Shown here one piece after another: positions 54,401-64,000 of a stretch of 64,000 bases of DNA (its first letter is position 1; each line of letters begins with the position of its first letter). Under the pieces are notes generated by a model. The model was not told the DNA's origin, did no database searches, and worked only from the letters and a program-made list of their open reading frames with translations. Made by a program: the position numbers and the translations under genes. The stretch spans positions 4,697,319 through 4,761,318 of the forward strand of contig CM082594.2 of the NCBI GenBank assembly GCA_040954595.2. The letters are read 5' to 3'. The stretch comes from Balanoglossus misakiensis (Eukaryota; Animalia; Hemichordata).

Positions 54401-57400
54401 AGAAGCAAAATTTATCGTCACATTATACCTCTTTATTGAATTAATGATTGTCCAATAATGCGTTCTGATGAAATGAGCTGTTTTCGCAAATAACAGAGTT
54501 GATTTCGCTCAATTAATTTGCAAAATTACACCAGAAAGATGAGTGTGTTGTCACTCATCATTTCTGATGCAGTTATTTTTTATTTGGAATTCAGAGAACG
54601 CAGTCAGGTGCACAAATCCATCATAACAAACCCAGGTCACTTTTTGTCGTACGGCTATTGAAAACTGAAAGATTAACTGCCCTGAGCTCTGAAGCTGTAC
54701 CGAATGTGTACTAAAACATTTATGAATTGTTCGTTTGTGTGTTTTTAATTCATGTCGAGTATATTCATAAATGACGAAAAACAAATTGAAATGTGTTCAC
54801 TTGAGTTAATGCCGCAGTGATTCATTATAATCCCTGCTAACATTTTAGCTTCTATAGTTTCATTGGTACTCTTAATTTGGTGGGTCAACATAGACTACGA
54901 TTATAGACTGTCGACTTATTTCAATGGCCTTTAATTTTGCCGTAACTGTACATGTACCTGTGAAAACTCAGAGAGATTTTCCTTCAACATTTAGCCTATA
55001 AGACCCCTTTACTATTCCATTCCTACGTCCTGGCTGTATCACTTGTTTTAGAGAAATAAATAAAAGCATGAGAGCCTGTTGACAGCTAGTCTGTGTATAA
55101 TGCACATTTTAGCACACGTGGCAGCATAGCTGCGACCCTTGTCGTGACTATACAGACAACCTTGATTCTCCATTCTCTGCATCTGCAAACATTGCACAAA
55201 ATTCCTGCGTAACTTGTTTGTTTATGGCGTGTGCCTCTAAAAGGTAACAACTCTGAGATTTCAACTAAGTATTGATTTGGTATTTGATCCAAAAACGCTC
55301 TGCCCTTTATTTCCATCTTTCAAAAAAAGTGACAATCAAGTTTACGATGAACCCTTTTCTGACAGCAATATCTGTTAATGGCTTAATCGTGAAGTACACC
55401 ATAAAATTTACTCAAGAATTTCAAGGGTTTGCCGATTCAATTGAGGAAAAAAATCCCACATGAATAAGGATCTGTCTGGTCACTCAAACTCAGTGGGAAG
55501 TGCTTTTAAAACGGTTTACAGTCAAATATCTCTTTAACAGGAACATATCAAAACTTCTTGACATTTTTTGTCATCTCTGCCAGCGTGGATGAAGGTCATT
55601 TCAGTAAAAAGAAAGGTCAAATATTTTGTTGTAGGAGTTTAATCTTCTTGCCTGGACAAGTATTCTTGGAAAAAAGTTATTTTATAAGTTTTCGGCTAAA
55701 TTAGACATTTTTACAGCGCTGATTCTTAAGGCAAAATATGCTCTCCACGTTAGGAATCTTTTCACTGTGACTCAGCACACATATACTGATGCACTTTATA
55801 GTTCTGTAATCATCAATTTTTATAGAGATCTACACATATGATGACCAATATAACCTTGTGTAGTAACCATATACTGTAAAACGGGTTATTTTCGCGACAG
55901 GAAATTTTTGCGATATCGAAAGAGTCAACTATTACGCGAGGATTAATTTTCGCGTCTTGTCTTTCATTAAGTGCATCGTTATCTCAGAAAAATATTTTCG
56001 CAACTTTTTATTTTCACGTTTTTTTGGCTCTCGCGTATTTCGCGGAAATTTATTGCTCGCGAAAATAACCTGTTTTACAGTACTTAGTTCTTTCACAGCT
56101 AGGTTAGGGGGTACAACTCAAATAGAGTTTTATTACTATCAAATGTAAACCACTTGCCTATGTAATTTATTCTACATAGTCATGAAACTTGAGCTGGTTA
56201 ACAGCTTGTAAAATTTGTTCATGTTTCTTCACTTTTTATTTTTCGCTGACTCATCAAATAGTGAGAGACATAAAAAAAGAAAGATATAGCAAAAAAATGA
56301 ATAATAAAATGATTTTGTAAAAGTTCTAGTATTTTGTAAAACAATGGTGTGTTTTCTTTTTTTTTACAGGTTAAGATTTTTCAAAGATGTCCCACAGTTC
56401 CGCGTCTTGTGTTGCGGTGGAGATGGTACCGTGGGTTGGGTCCTTGACTGTATGGGTAAGTCCTGTCCACTTGCTACAAAATGGTGCCAACCTGCAATTA
56501 TTTGAAGTCAATGTATACTGAAACAGGAATATCACTGATGCTGTTAACCCTCTCACCAGCATGGTTTGGTCCAAATCTGTTGTTTTCTATGGAAAAGTTG
56601 GACTTCTAAATGAAGGAAGTGGGGAGGGGGGAGGGATAAACTATGATGTACGTAAACTTGATTAAATCATCATTGAAGTATGATTAGGTACAATATTCTT
56701 ACCAATATGGATTCAAGGTTTCATTTCCCACTGACTAGAACTTAATGAAAACAGAGTAGATGTATAAATGTTCACGACATTGGGACCTAAATCTCATTAC
56801 TCATTTGCGGTTGGTTCGTTAAACTTAAAACTGGGGTTTTTGAACTCTTGTGAAGAAGAATTCGCTCTGTGTTGAACTTTCGTTCGTGGCTGTGAGCTGA
56901 ATCGAGATTCCGTGCGCAAACTGCTTTTGAAGGAAAACTTAGTTACAGTTGATGAGTGCACCGCGCTTTTGAAAAGACTTATTCAAACGCGGAATAATTG
57001 CTTTGGATCGCGCGGATTTGCACTCTTTCAAGTTTTTGGCTCGGAGAAGTTCTCCCGACAATGGCGCAGTTTCCTTGCTGTTGGCCATTTTCCTTGGAAA
57101 AGATGCGGGTTCATTGTTTCATTATGACGAGTTAATACCATTGAATCGACGCAATTCTCATTCCAGCGCACACTTCACAATTCACCAGTTCTGATTCAGA
57201 GTTGCCTCAGAGCTATGTAAATGTTTTGCTTGCTTGCTTTGGTGCTTTGAACTTTGGAATTTTCCGTGAAAGCGAAATAAAAAAATGTGTCCTCGCCAGA
57301 AGAAACTCACGAAAGTGGGACGAAGGTCTGCAGGAGACATGTTCAGTAACCCACATCGTGACAAATTTCTCAGCAAAATTGCCTTTTGAAGAATTAAGAC

Positions 57401-60400
57401 TTTGATTTTTGAGGGGCAGACTACTGTAATTAAGATGCGCGAAGATTTATAGTTGGCGTATATAAAATTTGTATACCTCAGGATATAATTAAAATGACCT
57501 CATCCTAACATTTTTCCTATTTGTTCAGTTATAAAGTAAAATCTGTGAAAAATTCCAGTATGAATCCATGACATATCTTGGTCAAAATATGCCCTAAAAG
57601 AACAAATATCGCATGTAAAGTTTTCTTTTGTGAAAAGTGAAACCAATGGAAAATTATAGGAGGTTTGATACTCTGTGAAAGCTGGGCCCCTTCCAGCAAT
57701 AAGGGAATTAGTTACTCTAGATTGAAATCATACAGAGTTTTCTAACCAATTTGATACTTAAAAACACGTTAATATTTGGGCATTTTGTAAAATATCTTCT
57801 ACATTTTTCGACAGATAAAATCCAGATGGCAGATAGGCCACCTGTTGCTGTTCTTCCATTGGGCACTGGGAACGACCTCGCCAGGTGTCTCCGATGGGGC
57901 GGAGGTAAGACTGCAATAAAAAATTATTAAGGTGGTTTGTCTGTTTGTTTGTTGCCCGGCAATGGAGTCTGCTATCCAGAGCCACTGGTTGTCAATCCCA
58001 CTATAATGGGCAAAATAATTTTTGAAACAAGGCCTGTCGTGAAATCGTTGGAATAAGCATTACTCATCAATCGCATTTCACCATTCTAAAAATACACTTA
58101 ATCCCATAACTGTTAATTCAGGAAATATGTGAATGATTAGAAACAGGACACACTCATTATTGGAAGAAGAAACAAAAATGTGTCTAAAATGGCTCATGAA
58201 ATGAAATAGTAAATTTTTGTGAATCACGTATAGAAGCCTTACTTTTTAATAATAAACGTGTGTATCATTTTTCCTGCTGGAACTGATACCTACGTCATTT
58301 GATAGCCCCATAAACTTACAGATATCACGTAGAAAACTTATAAATCCTCAGTTTTACAATAAATGTTGAATTTAAAGAGTTATTGGTACTTTTGGCCAAC
58401 AACAAGAATTAAATGCCAAAGGGAAGTAACGCACAACGTCTGGATTTTCTGGGGATTGTAAATTTCCATGAGATTGAAACCAAGTACACGACTTTTCTGA
58501 TGACCTTGACAGTTTTTAACCAGCATACATGTGCCAAGAAGGAATCCAATTGCAGAAAAACAGCAAGTGAACTTGATAGCGTGTCATTTGATTCCATACA
58601 ACAACAAAGACTTGCACAAGCTTTAATATTTTGATCCCCATTGCATGTTGTACGCACTACAGGATTATCGACAAAATATGGCGGCATACAGACAAGGGCT
58701 CCATATGCGACACTAGTATACACATGTTGACTGGCCATGAGGGCAACAGCATATGTCTGTAACCCGAGGGACAGTGAGTCCCTCCCCCCCAAAAAAAACA
58801 ACAACTAACAAACAAACAAAAACAAAAACAAAACAAAAAAGACGGAGGCTGACAGTTCCTGTAAAGATGTTTGGACCCAGGGTTTTCCATCTACTGTAAA
58901 ACACTTTATTTTCGCGAGCAATAAATTTTTGCGAAATACACGAGAGCCAAAATAGCGTGAAAATAAAAAGTCGCATAAATTTTGTTTGAAGATAACGATG
59001 CAGTGAATGAAATAAGAGAACGCGAAAATTAATACTCGCGAAACAGTGGCCTCTCTCGATAACGCGAAAATTTCAACTCGTGAAAATAAAGTGTTTTACA
59101 GTATCTCATTCCACCAGTGCAATACTCGGTCTTCTCTCTCGGTTTCAGGCTATGGAGGTGAGAGTCTGTTGAAGGGACTGAAGCAGATCGAACACTCCAC
59201 GGAAGTGATGATGGACAGGTGGAAGGTGGAGCTGAGTACGACCAATGACAACGAACAAGGAGATCCCATCCCTTACACTATAATCAACAACTACTTCTCC
59301 ATAGGATTGGTAAGTAGCATGTGTTTCAGTACAAAGTTCCCAAGTGGTATATATATGCACATGTACCGGTGTTTCCGTACACAAAGTGCTGAGTCAGCAC
59401 TTTTCTTGCGTTGGAAATTTTTATGGGGTAGAAATATCTGAACAACTCTATCAAAACATCAAGCATTATGATACAGTTTCCTTCATAGCTTTGCATACAT
59501 TTCTCTTTTGGCACTGCTTGTAAAATTTTCAGGAAAAATAAAACACTACAGTTATATAGTGTTATTTTCAAATACGTACATATGTAAATTGCTATGGAAT
59601 ATGATAACCAATCACAGTAGTGTCTTGCCTTCATAGAGGTCAAAAATATATAATCATGATACCAAAATTGAAAGAGTATTTTGAATGAATTTTTGAGTAC
59701 AAAAAACTGCAAGATTCCAGTGATGACAATTTTAGATGTTTTGTGGGAGGCTTTATGATATAGTGTTGTCAATGTTTGACCACCAGGATGCATCAATAGC
59801 CCATCGTTTCCACACAATGAGGGAGAGGCATCCGGAGAAATTCAACAGCCGCATGAAGAACAAGTTGTGGTACTTTGAATTTGGAACCTCAGAGACCTTC
59901 TTTGCCAGCTGCAAAAACTTACATGAAGACGTGGACGTAATGGTAAGGCCAGAATTTAATTTTTTTGTTTTCTCGTGTGTGTGAAAACTGGAAAGAATTT
60001 CACTGTTGAAAAGCAGAAACTGGGATTATTGAGCTGCAAAGGATTGCCATCTTTATTCTACATCTGCGAACTGTGATTTGACGATAAAACAAGAATCCCT
60101 GCCTGACATCTTTTTACTTCAAGCTAAGGGGTCTGATCACTTGATGCTGAATTGCATTGTGGGTAAGAAGTAGACCACACAAACGTGTCTTCACAGTTAC
60201 CATTACAGAACTCTCCCAACAAAATTTTCTTCCTTTTCAAAAATTAATTTTCTGTAATATCCAAGAATTGGTTATCTGTTATTTGATATAGAAACCCACA
60301 AACTTGAAGTTCTGGTTCAAAACATATAAAAGATTTTCTGAATGGCATGAATTTTGTATGCAGAGTCATGCAACTTGATCATTATTCGCGTGAACTTTAG

Positions 60401-61341
60401 TGAATTTTCTTTTTTGGTAATTTAGGAATGGATGAAAACTGATCGCTTGGATCAAAACAGAGGATTACTGGTGTCTCTATCGTAATATGAAATCATACGA
60501 ATGACTTACCACTGATCTCACGATTATTTATTTATGGCCATTCCATTTAGAACTACATGCGGATAGCCCTGAAAGATTTTAGCCGGGAAGATGAGATTTC
60601 AGCTATATGATATTAGTAACAATGATAGTGTTTTCCCTTGGAGACGATATGGTGTATCATCGATGCATGTCTGATACTCTAAACTCATAGCAAGAAGATT
60701 TTTTTACTTGGTGTGATATGCCGTACTGTAAACTGATCAGTCCAAAAGATTTCTGCACAATTTAAAAATAGACACATAATGCAAAGAAACTGTGTTTATT
60801 AAGAGATGATTTAAAGGCCGGTGATCGTCTTTTGCCCATCATGTGCGTAATTTCGTGTGTACAAACATTACGTCCAATCCAGATGTTCTGCAAGTTTTGC
60901 ATTTGACGCAGTCTTTTCCTGATATCTGACACAGACTATGATCGCCGCCATCTTGTCTGTTGTTAGGACAGCTAGCACACTGCCTTAATGGCATTGACTG
61001 TATACAATTTTTGTAACCAGCAAGTCTCTGGTTTGACACATGCACATAAGACGATCGTTTCCCTTTAACCGCACTGTATGGATCAGTGAATCTTATTTGT
61101 GGTCGTTTTCATCGACAGTGCGATGGAGTGTCTCTGGACCTGGCTAACGGGCCACCTTTGCAGTGCATCGCGCTCCTCAACATACCCAGCACTCACGGAG
61201 GAACCAACCTGTGGGGAGACACGCCAAAGAAACGACAAAGCCGACAGTCCAAGAAGCCGTCGAAGAAACAGGATCGCGACACCCAAAGCCACCCCACACT
61301 CAGTACCACTTCATCAGGAGATTTACAATATGCAACACAAG
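12401..61341 (+). CDS. DGKB: Type I diacylglycerol kinase (DGK-beta/gamma-like), partial gene, 18 exons in window
   Basis: Spliced translation gives [25 protein letters not shown] / [11 protein letters not shown] / [32 protein letters not shown] / two C1 domains / NPKSGG / GGDGTVGW / [13 protein letters not shown] / NNYFSIG. All introns are GT-AG with matching phases. The symbol denotes the closest family resemblance, not strict orthology. Confidence 0.96.
30330..30519. mobile_element. Non-autonomous DNA element, family C (TTAAAG-type ends, possibly Kolobok-like)
   Basis: ttaaaggaatacagtcacct ... aggtgaccgtgtatcttta imperfect TIR; related ends at 35973-36108. Confidence 0.55.
33152..33237. 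promoter_or_regulatory. Cluster of four alternating CCAAT boxes
   Basis: ATTGG 33154, CCAAT 33179, ATTGG 33206, CCAAT 33231. Confidence 0.35.
33872..33965 (+). mobile_element. MITE family A, copy 2 (forward, best preserved)
   Basis: TTAA CCCTTTCACC ... GGTGAAAGGG(T) TTAA, i.e. TIR with TTAA flanks. Confidence 0.85.
34083..34227 (+). CDS. DGKB: DGK exon: [35 protein letters not shown]..., phase 0 to 1
   Basis: tttttag acceptor, AAG|gtaggc donor, DAG kinase N-terminal motif. Confidence 0.93.
34259..34345. mobile_element. 87-bp foldback/MITE with perfect 27-bp TIRs and a 9-bp TSD-like duplication
   Basis: caatctgattaaaatcagatgtaggga (34259-34285) is the exact reverse complement of 34319-34345; flanks are catggacac and catggtcac. 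Confidence 0.8.
34548..34718 (+). CDS. DGKB: DGK exon: Ser-rich insert ([12 protein letters not shown]...[12 protein letters not shown]...PTSILK), symmetric phase 1 to 1
   Basis: Polypyrimidine tract plus cacag, A|gtgagt donor, open 171 nt in the required phase; no homology support. Confidence 0.8.
34957..35100. mobile_element. Tc1/pogo-like MITE
   Basis: tgcagtcaaacctg ... caggtttgactgca, a perfect 14-bp inverted pair. Confidence 0.7.
35185..35454 (+). CDS. DGKB: DGK exon: basic/acidic insert then [23 protein letters not shown]
   Basis: ctgtag acceptor, T|gtaagt donor, conserved recoverin-homology motif at the 3' end. Confidence 0.92.
35755..35804 (+). CDS. DGKB: DGK exon: EF-hand 1 ([17 protein letters not shown])
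   Basis: ctacag acceptor, gtgagt donor, canonical DxDxN loop. Confidence 0.95.
35973..36108. mobile_element. Shorter, diverged relative of family C
   Basis: Starts acagtcacctccaat as at 30341, shares acgcc/ggcgctc motifs, ends ggtgaatgtatc. Confidence 0.45.
37899..37973 (+). CDS. DGKB: DGK exon: [25 protein letters not shown]
   Basis: tttttcag acceptor, gtaagt donor, conserved type I DGK motif. Confidence 0.95.
38212..38331 (+). CDS. DGKB: DGK exon: EF-hand 2 ([40 protein letters not shown])
   Basis: ctgcag acceptor, gtaagt donor, EF-hand loop and IPLLVLLGL motif. Confidence 0.95.
38929..39046 (+). CDS. DGKB: DGK exon: C1A first part ([39 protein letters not shown])
   Basis: atgcag acceptor, gtaagt donor, C1 His/Cys spacing. 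Confidence 0.95.
39233..39321 (+). CDS. DGKB: DGK exon: C1A second part ([30 protein letters not shown])
   Basis: ttgcag acceptor, gtaagt donor. Confidence 0.95.
43178..43513. mobile_element. TTAA-flanked non-autonomous DNA element (Kolobok-like)
   Basis: TTAAAGGGACAAAGTTAC ... GTCACTTCTGTCCCTTTAA imperfect TIR. Confidence 0.65.
43683..43799 (+). CDS. DGKB: DGK exon: C1B first part ([39 protein letters not shown])
   Basis: ttgacag acceptor, gtaagc donor, HxWxEGN motif. Confidence 0.95.
44423..44521 (+). CDS. DGKB: DGK exon: C1B second part and extension ([33 protein letters not shown])
   Basis: tttcag acceptor, CTG|gtgagt donor. Confidence 0.95.
44531..44549 (-). promoter_or_regulatory. 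CTCF-like motif
   Basis: Minus strand reads TGACCACCAGAGGGCGACA, fitting the core CCASYAGRKGGCR; motif match only. Confidence 0.4.
45982..46059 (+). CDS. Candidate alternative cassette exon in the C1B-catalytic linker ([26 protein letters not shown])
   Basis: Long U-rich tract ending ccccctcatag, 78 nt open in phase 0 to 0, GAG|gtttgt donor; no homology evidence. Confidence 0.5.
46197..46287 (-). mobile_element. MITE family A, copy 3 (reverse)
   Basis: Aligns by eye to the reverse complement of copy 2: ccttcaccaccatggtt...attgtttt...gttggac...gggggtgaaagggtta. Confidence 0.8.
49097..49210 (+). CDS. DGKB: DGK exon: linker ([14 protein letters not shown]...[13 protein letters not shown])
   Basis: cgacag acceptor, CAG|gtgggt donor, GQGLQ motif preceding the catalytic domain. 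Confidence 0.9.
52318..52351 (+). repeat. 17-bp tandem duplication
   Basis: aggcttgtttcagtgag twice. Confidence 0.85.
52413..52496 (+). repeat. Local tandem duplication, 38-bp period, upstream of the catalytic exon
   Basis: tgttcctttatattctaggtttctttccttta at 52413 and 52451, plus a partial third unit. Confidence 0.85.
52542..52690 (+). CDS. DGKB: DGK exon: catalytic domain start ([50 protein letters not shown])
   Basis: ccccttcag acceptor, gtaggt donor, NPKSGG motif. Confidence 0.96.
55872..56082 (+). mobile_element. ~210-bp TA-flanked MITE family B, copy 1
   Basis: TACTGTAAAAC ... GTTTTACAGTA termini with repeated subterminal TTTTCGCG motifs. Confidence 0.85.
56370..56455 (+). CDS. DGKB: DGK exon: ATP-binding motif ([28 protein letters not shown])
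   Basis: tttacag acceptor, G|gtaagt donor, GGDGT motif. Confidence 0.96.
56544..56639 (-). mobile_element. MITE family A, copy 4 (reverse)
   Basis: ttaaccctctcaccagcatggtt...ttgttttctatgg...gttggacttctaaa matches the reverse complement of copy 2. Confidence 0.8.
57815..57904 (+). CDS. DGKB: DGK exon: [30 protein letters not shown]
   Basis: cgacag acceptor, gtaaga donor, PLGTGNDL motif. Confidence 0.96.
58892..59103 (-). mobile_element. MITE family B, copy 2 (inverted relative to copy 1)
   Basis: Same termini; internal tcgcgagcaataaattt and gataacgatgca are reverse complements of segments in copy 1. Confidence 0.85.
59149..59309 (+). CDS. DGKB: DGK exon: [25 protein letters not shown]...[10 protein letters not shown]
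   Basis: tttcag acceptor, gtaagt donor, NNYFSIG motif starting the accessory domain. Confidence 0.95.
59787..59942 (+). CDS. DGKB: DGK exon: [52 protein letters not shown]
   Basis: caccag acceptor, gtaagg donor, conserved accessory-domain motif. Confidence 0.95.
61119..61341 (+). CDS. DGKB: DGK exon: [33 protein letters not shown]...YATQ (last canonical exon in window, ends phase 1)
   Basis: cgacag acceptor, AAG|gtaaaa donor, LNIPSxxGGxNLWG motif. Confidence 0.94.
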
Positions 61342-61367
61342 GTAAAAACATTTCTTGTTGATTTTTT

Positions 61368-61600
61368 TTCTCCCCAACCCCCTTGTCAACTCTTCCCATG
61401 TACTGGTTCTCTTCCCCAGACCCGGGCTGCATGCACCTCCCCACACACACATGTACATGCATTCCTCCCTCCTCTCCCCTCCCCTCCTCTCCTTCCCCCC
61501 TCCCCATCTGCATGTCAGACAGACAGACTCTACCAATCCCTCTCACCCTGTAAATTTCATTTCTTCCAACCCCCTCCTCTGCCTGTCTCTCACTTCTCTC
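61368..61600. repeat. C/T-rich low-complexity tract
   Basis: Many C3-C6 runs on the + strand (G-runs on the - strand). Confidence 0.7.
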
Positions 61601-61945
61601 ATCCAATCCCACTGTTTTCAGTGTGGCACAGTGGAGTGGGGATAGAGTAAAATATCTACCCTATAGGCAACTGAGTCTCAAGGAAATTCCAGTCAGTAAT
61701 AGATGCCAATCGTCCGTCTTTTAATAATCAAAGCGGAAATCAGTGCACTTTGAAAGCTACAAAAACTATGCGTTATCATTTTTTGGGGAAAATCAATTTT
61801 ACACACTGTCAGGCTCTTTGGCTAAAGTCAGGGCTTGTAAGTTCTGAATTTTTATTGAGAGTAGCTGTTTATGAACAATGAAACTCCATTGTGTGTGTAA
61901 ATGTGCTTGAGGTTTAGAATTTGTTTCATTTGTGTAACTATAAAG

Positions 61946-61973
61946 TGCATGCATGCATGCATGCATGAATAAA
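61946..61973 (+). repeat. (TGCA)5TG array followed directly by AATAAA
   Basis: Read directly from the sequence. Confidence 0.85.
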
Positions 61974-62664
61974 AGATTTGTGGGTTATTTTACTGTTAAT
62001 TTATGAAGCTCAGATTCTTGGGATGCGGATATACTTTCAGCATGTACAACATCACGTCACGCTGGTTGTAAAATAAAACACAGACTGCGAAGACCAAATT
62101 TATATCAATCAAATGCAGCTGTTAGAAACTGCTTTTGTAATCAACCAGTCGTACCTACAAGAAACTTTCAGAAAACAAGAAATTCATATTTTACACATAT
62201 TATGAGAGAAAAATGAAATTAAATGAAAATTAAGAAAGCATTGAATTAAAGATTTTTACTATCATAAATTTGGCATCTCCGTTTAGGGTGATGTGATATA
62301 AGAACTTCCCTTTTGAAACAAATAATGTACAGATACCTGTAAAATGCTCATGATTAAAGTACATTCCAGAAAGAGCAGAATTCATCTCTATGGTGCTCTG
62401 TCAACACAGATGTGAAGGATATATATCACACACATCCATGCAGGCCTTTGTGTATTCACCAAGCAAAGGAAACAGACGTAGCCAATGTATTACCACACGT
62501 GCTGAATATAAACTGACAGAAAATTGATTGTAACAAAAAAGGGGCAGTTTCTCTCTTTCTTTTTTTTTGCTTGTATTTTCACTGTTCACTCAAGAAAAGG
62601 AGTTTTTTTAATCGATGATCAACTCAAATGTTGTAATCTATCAAATCATGATACATCAGCTGTG

Positions 62665-62900
62665 CTTGTTCGTCCCCCATGGACAAAGTCCAAGGGACAT
62701 ATTGTCTTGTCAGTCCGTCCGTCTATCCGTCCGTTACCAGCTATTTCTCAGACACTGTGAAACGATTTTGTTCAAACGTGAGAGTAACATCAGAATGAGA
62801 ATATGAAACTTCATCTGCACATCCGAGATTCTGTTTTGGTCGACGCACAACGATTTACCTGTACGGCTACACTGCAAGGTATGTAGTTTTTATTTTCAAT
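62665..62900 (+). mobile_element. Helentron-associated (HINE/DINE-1-like) element fragment
   Basis: gtccc...ggac aaa gtcc...gggac stem followed by a (GTCC)n-type tract gtccgtccgtctatccgtccg; right boundary approximate. Confidence 0.55.
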
Positions 62901-63047
62901 CTTTTCTAAATAGAGTTGCATGTGAATGTTGTTGGCAAGTGGACAGGATTGTAGGGATAGTGTTTTGGAAATTTTAATCATGCACACATATACTCACATG
63001 TCTAATCTGAATCTGAGCCATTGGTCTTCGGATGACTCTGCTGTGAA

Positions 63048-63129
63048 TATAATCTGATCATATTTATGTGATCAGATAATACATCTGATGATATTTATAA
63101 ACTGATCATATTTTTATGATCAGATTATA
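63048..63129. repeat. AT-rich nested palindrome cluster
   Basis: tataatctgatcata / tatgatcagattata perfect 15-bp inverted repeat enclosing repeated ctgatcatattt units. Confidence 0.75.
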
Positions 63130-64000
63130 CACATACACACCCTGGTCAGTATTGATATATTGTGCAAATACTGACCATGGAAACACCATGAATGCTACCG
63201 GCGATCGAATGCCTTCATGACATTCTTGACGAGTTGTTTTGAAAAGTAAAAACAAAACTTTTGTGAAAAGATGACAAAAGTTTTGAGAAATAAATAATTC
63301 TAATCTGTTTTTACTGTTTACTTTTTTCCAGTTGTACAATCCAGTGGGTTGGTTAACCAATCTGTCATCGCATTCACACAAAGCTATTATATTAAACGCA
63401 AACACACCACAGCACAGCAAAGACGCCAAGAACCAAACATAACTCGAGGCGTATGCGAGTTCATGCCATGGTTTCGGGGCAAGAGTGAGGCTTGGCAAGT
63501 GTACCAAGTCAGTCGCTGGAGTCAAAGACAAGGAACTATACAACGAATAAAAAAACTGCATACACCACACACCAAATAAACCCCTCACAAACTGTGTCCT
63601 TGCATAGATAGCTCTATTTCAACCACAAGACACCTGTAACAGTAATACATGATCCCAGTTTGTGTTTGTGCGGAGCTTCACGTAACCGCCATTAATCGAC
63701 ATCATTGAAATCAACCTAAACACGATATTCCACTCGCGCACTTCAAGGACAATGTGGAAATCGGAGGTGATCGATGGTGTTTAGAACGCAAAGCTATAAG
63801 TTGTGAACGAGTGTTTAGAGAATTGCAACCTGTCAGCTCGCAAACAATAAGTTGAATCTTGCTCATTGTTCACTGAAATCTGGTCAAAGTTGTCCCACTT
63901 CTCGCGATAAATACAGTTCTTTCTCTCGACAATGTTCACCTACTTCAGTTCTTCCCTGCTTTGAATTGCATCAGCTCTGATAAGGAGTCAGTTATTTTTG

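Noticed and set aside
56860-57430. CpG-richer intronic block resembling a TE remnant
   Set aside because: No termini, second copy or coding similarity that I could establish
61220-61270. Basic stretch [14 protein letters not shown] in the accessory domain
   Set aside because: A basic variable loop at this position is ordinary for type I DGKs
61099-61650. 183-aa and overlapping ORFs
   Set aside because: Off-frame read-through of a real exon into a low-complexity C-rich tract lacking stops
63106-63588. 160-aa minus-strand ORF with a hydrophobic stretch
   Set aside because: Non-ATG start, no family recognised, and adjacent frames are interrupted by stops

Overview
AT-rich animal genomic DNA, probably a marine invertebrate such as a mollusc (inferred from composition and frequent TACATGTA; not proven). 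Almost the whole window lies inside one + strand, multi-exon type I diacylglycerol kinase gene (DGKB/DGKG-like). I assembled 18 GT-AG exons from 12401 to 61341 whose phases all join (2310 nt, about 770 codons). They encode the N-terminal recoverin-homology region with a long insert, two EF-hands, C1A and C1B, the DAGK catalytic domain and part of the accessory domain. The start-codon exon and the canonical final exons were not found and probably lie outside the window. Introns carry several short non-autonomous DNA elements (TTAA-, TA- and 9-bp-TSD types, plus a Helentron-like element). The most unusual pattern is a ~92-bp MITE family whose four copies all sit within about 200 nt of splice sites: forward copies before acceptors and reverse copies after donors, the geometry that favours back-splicing. 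There are also candidate micro-, cassette and terminal exons. Most entries in the ORF track are non-coding noise.
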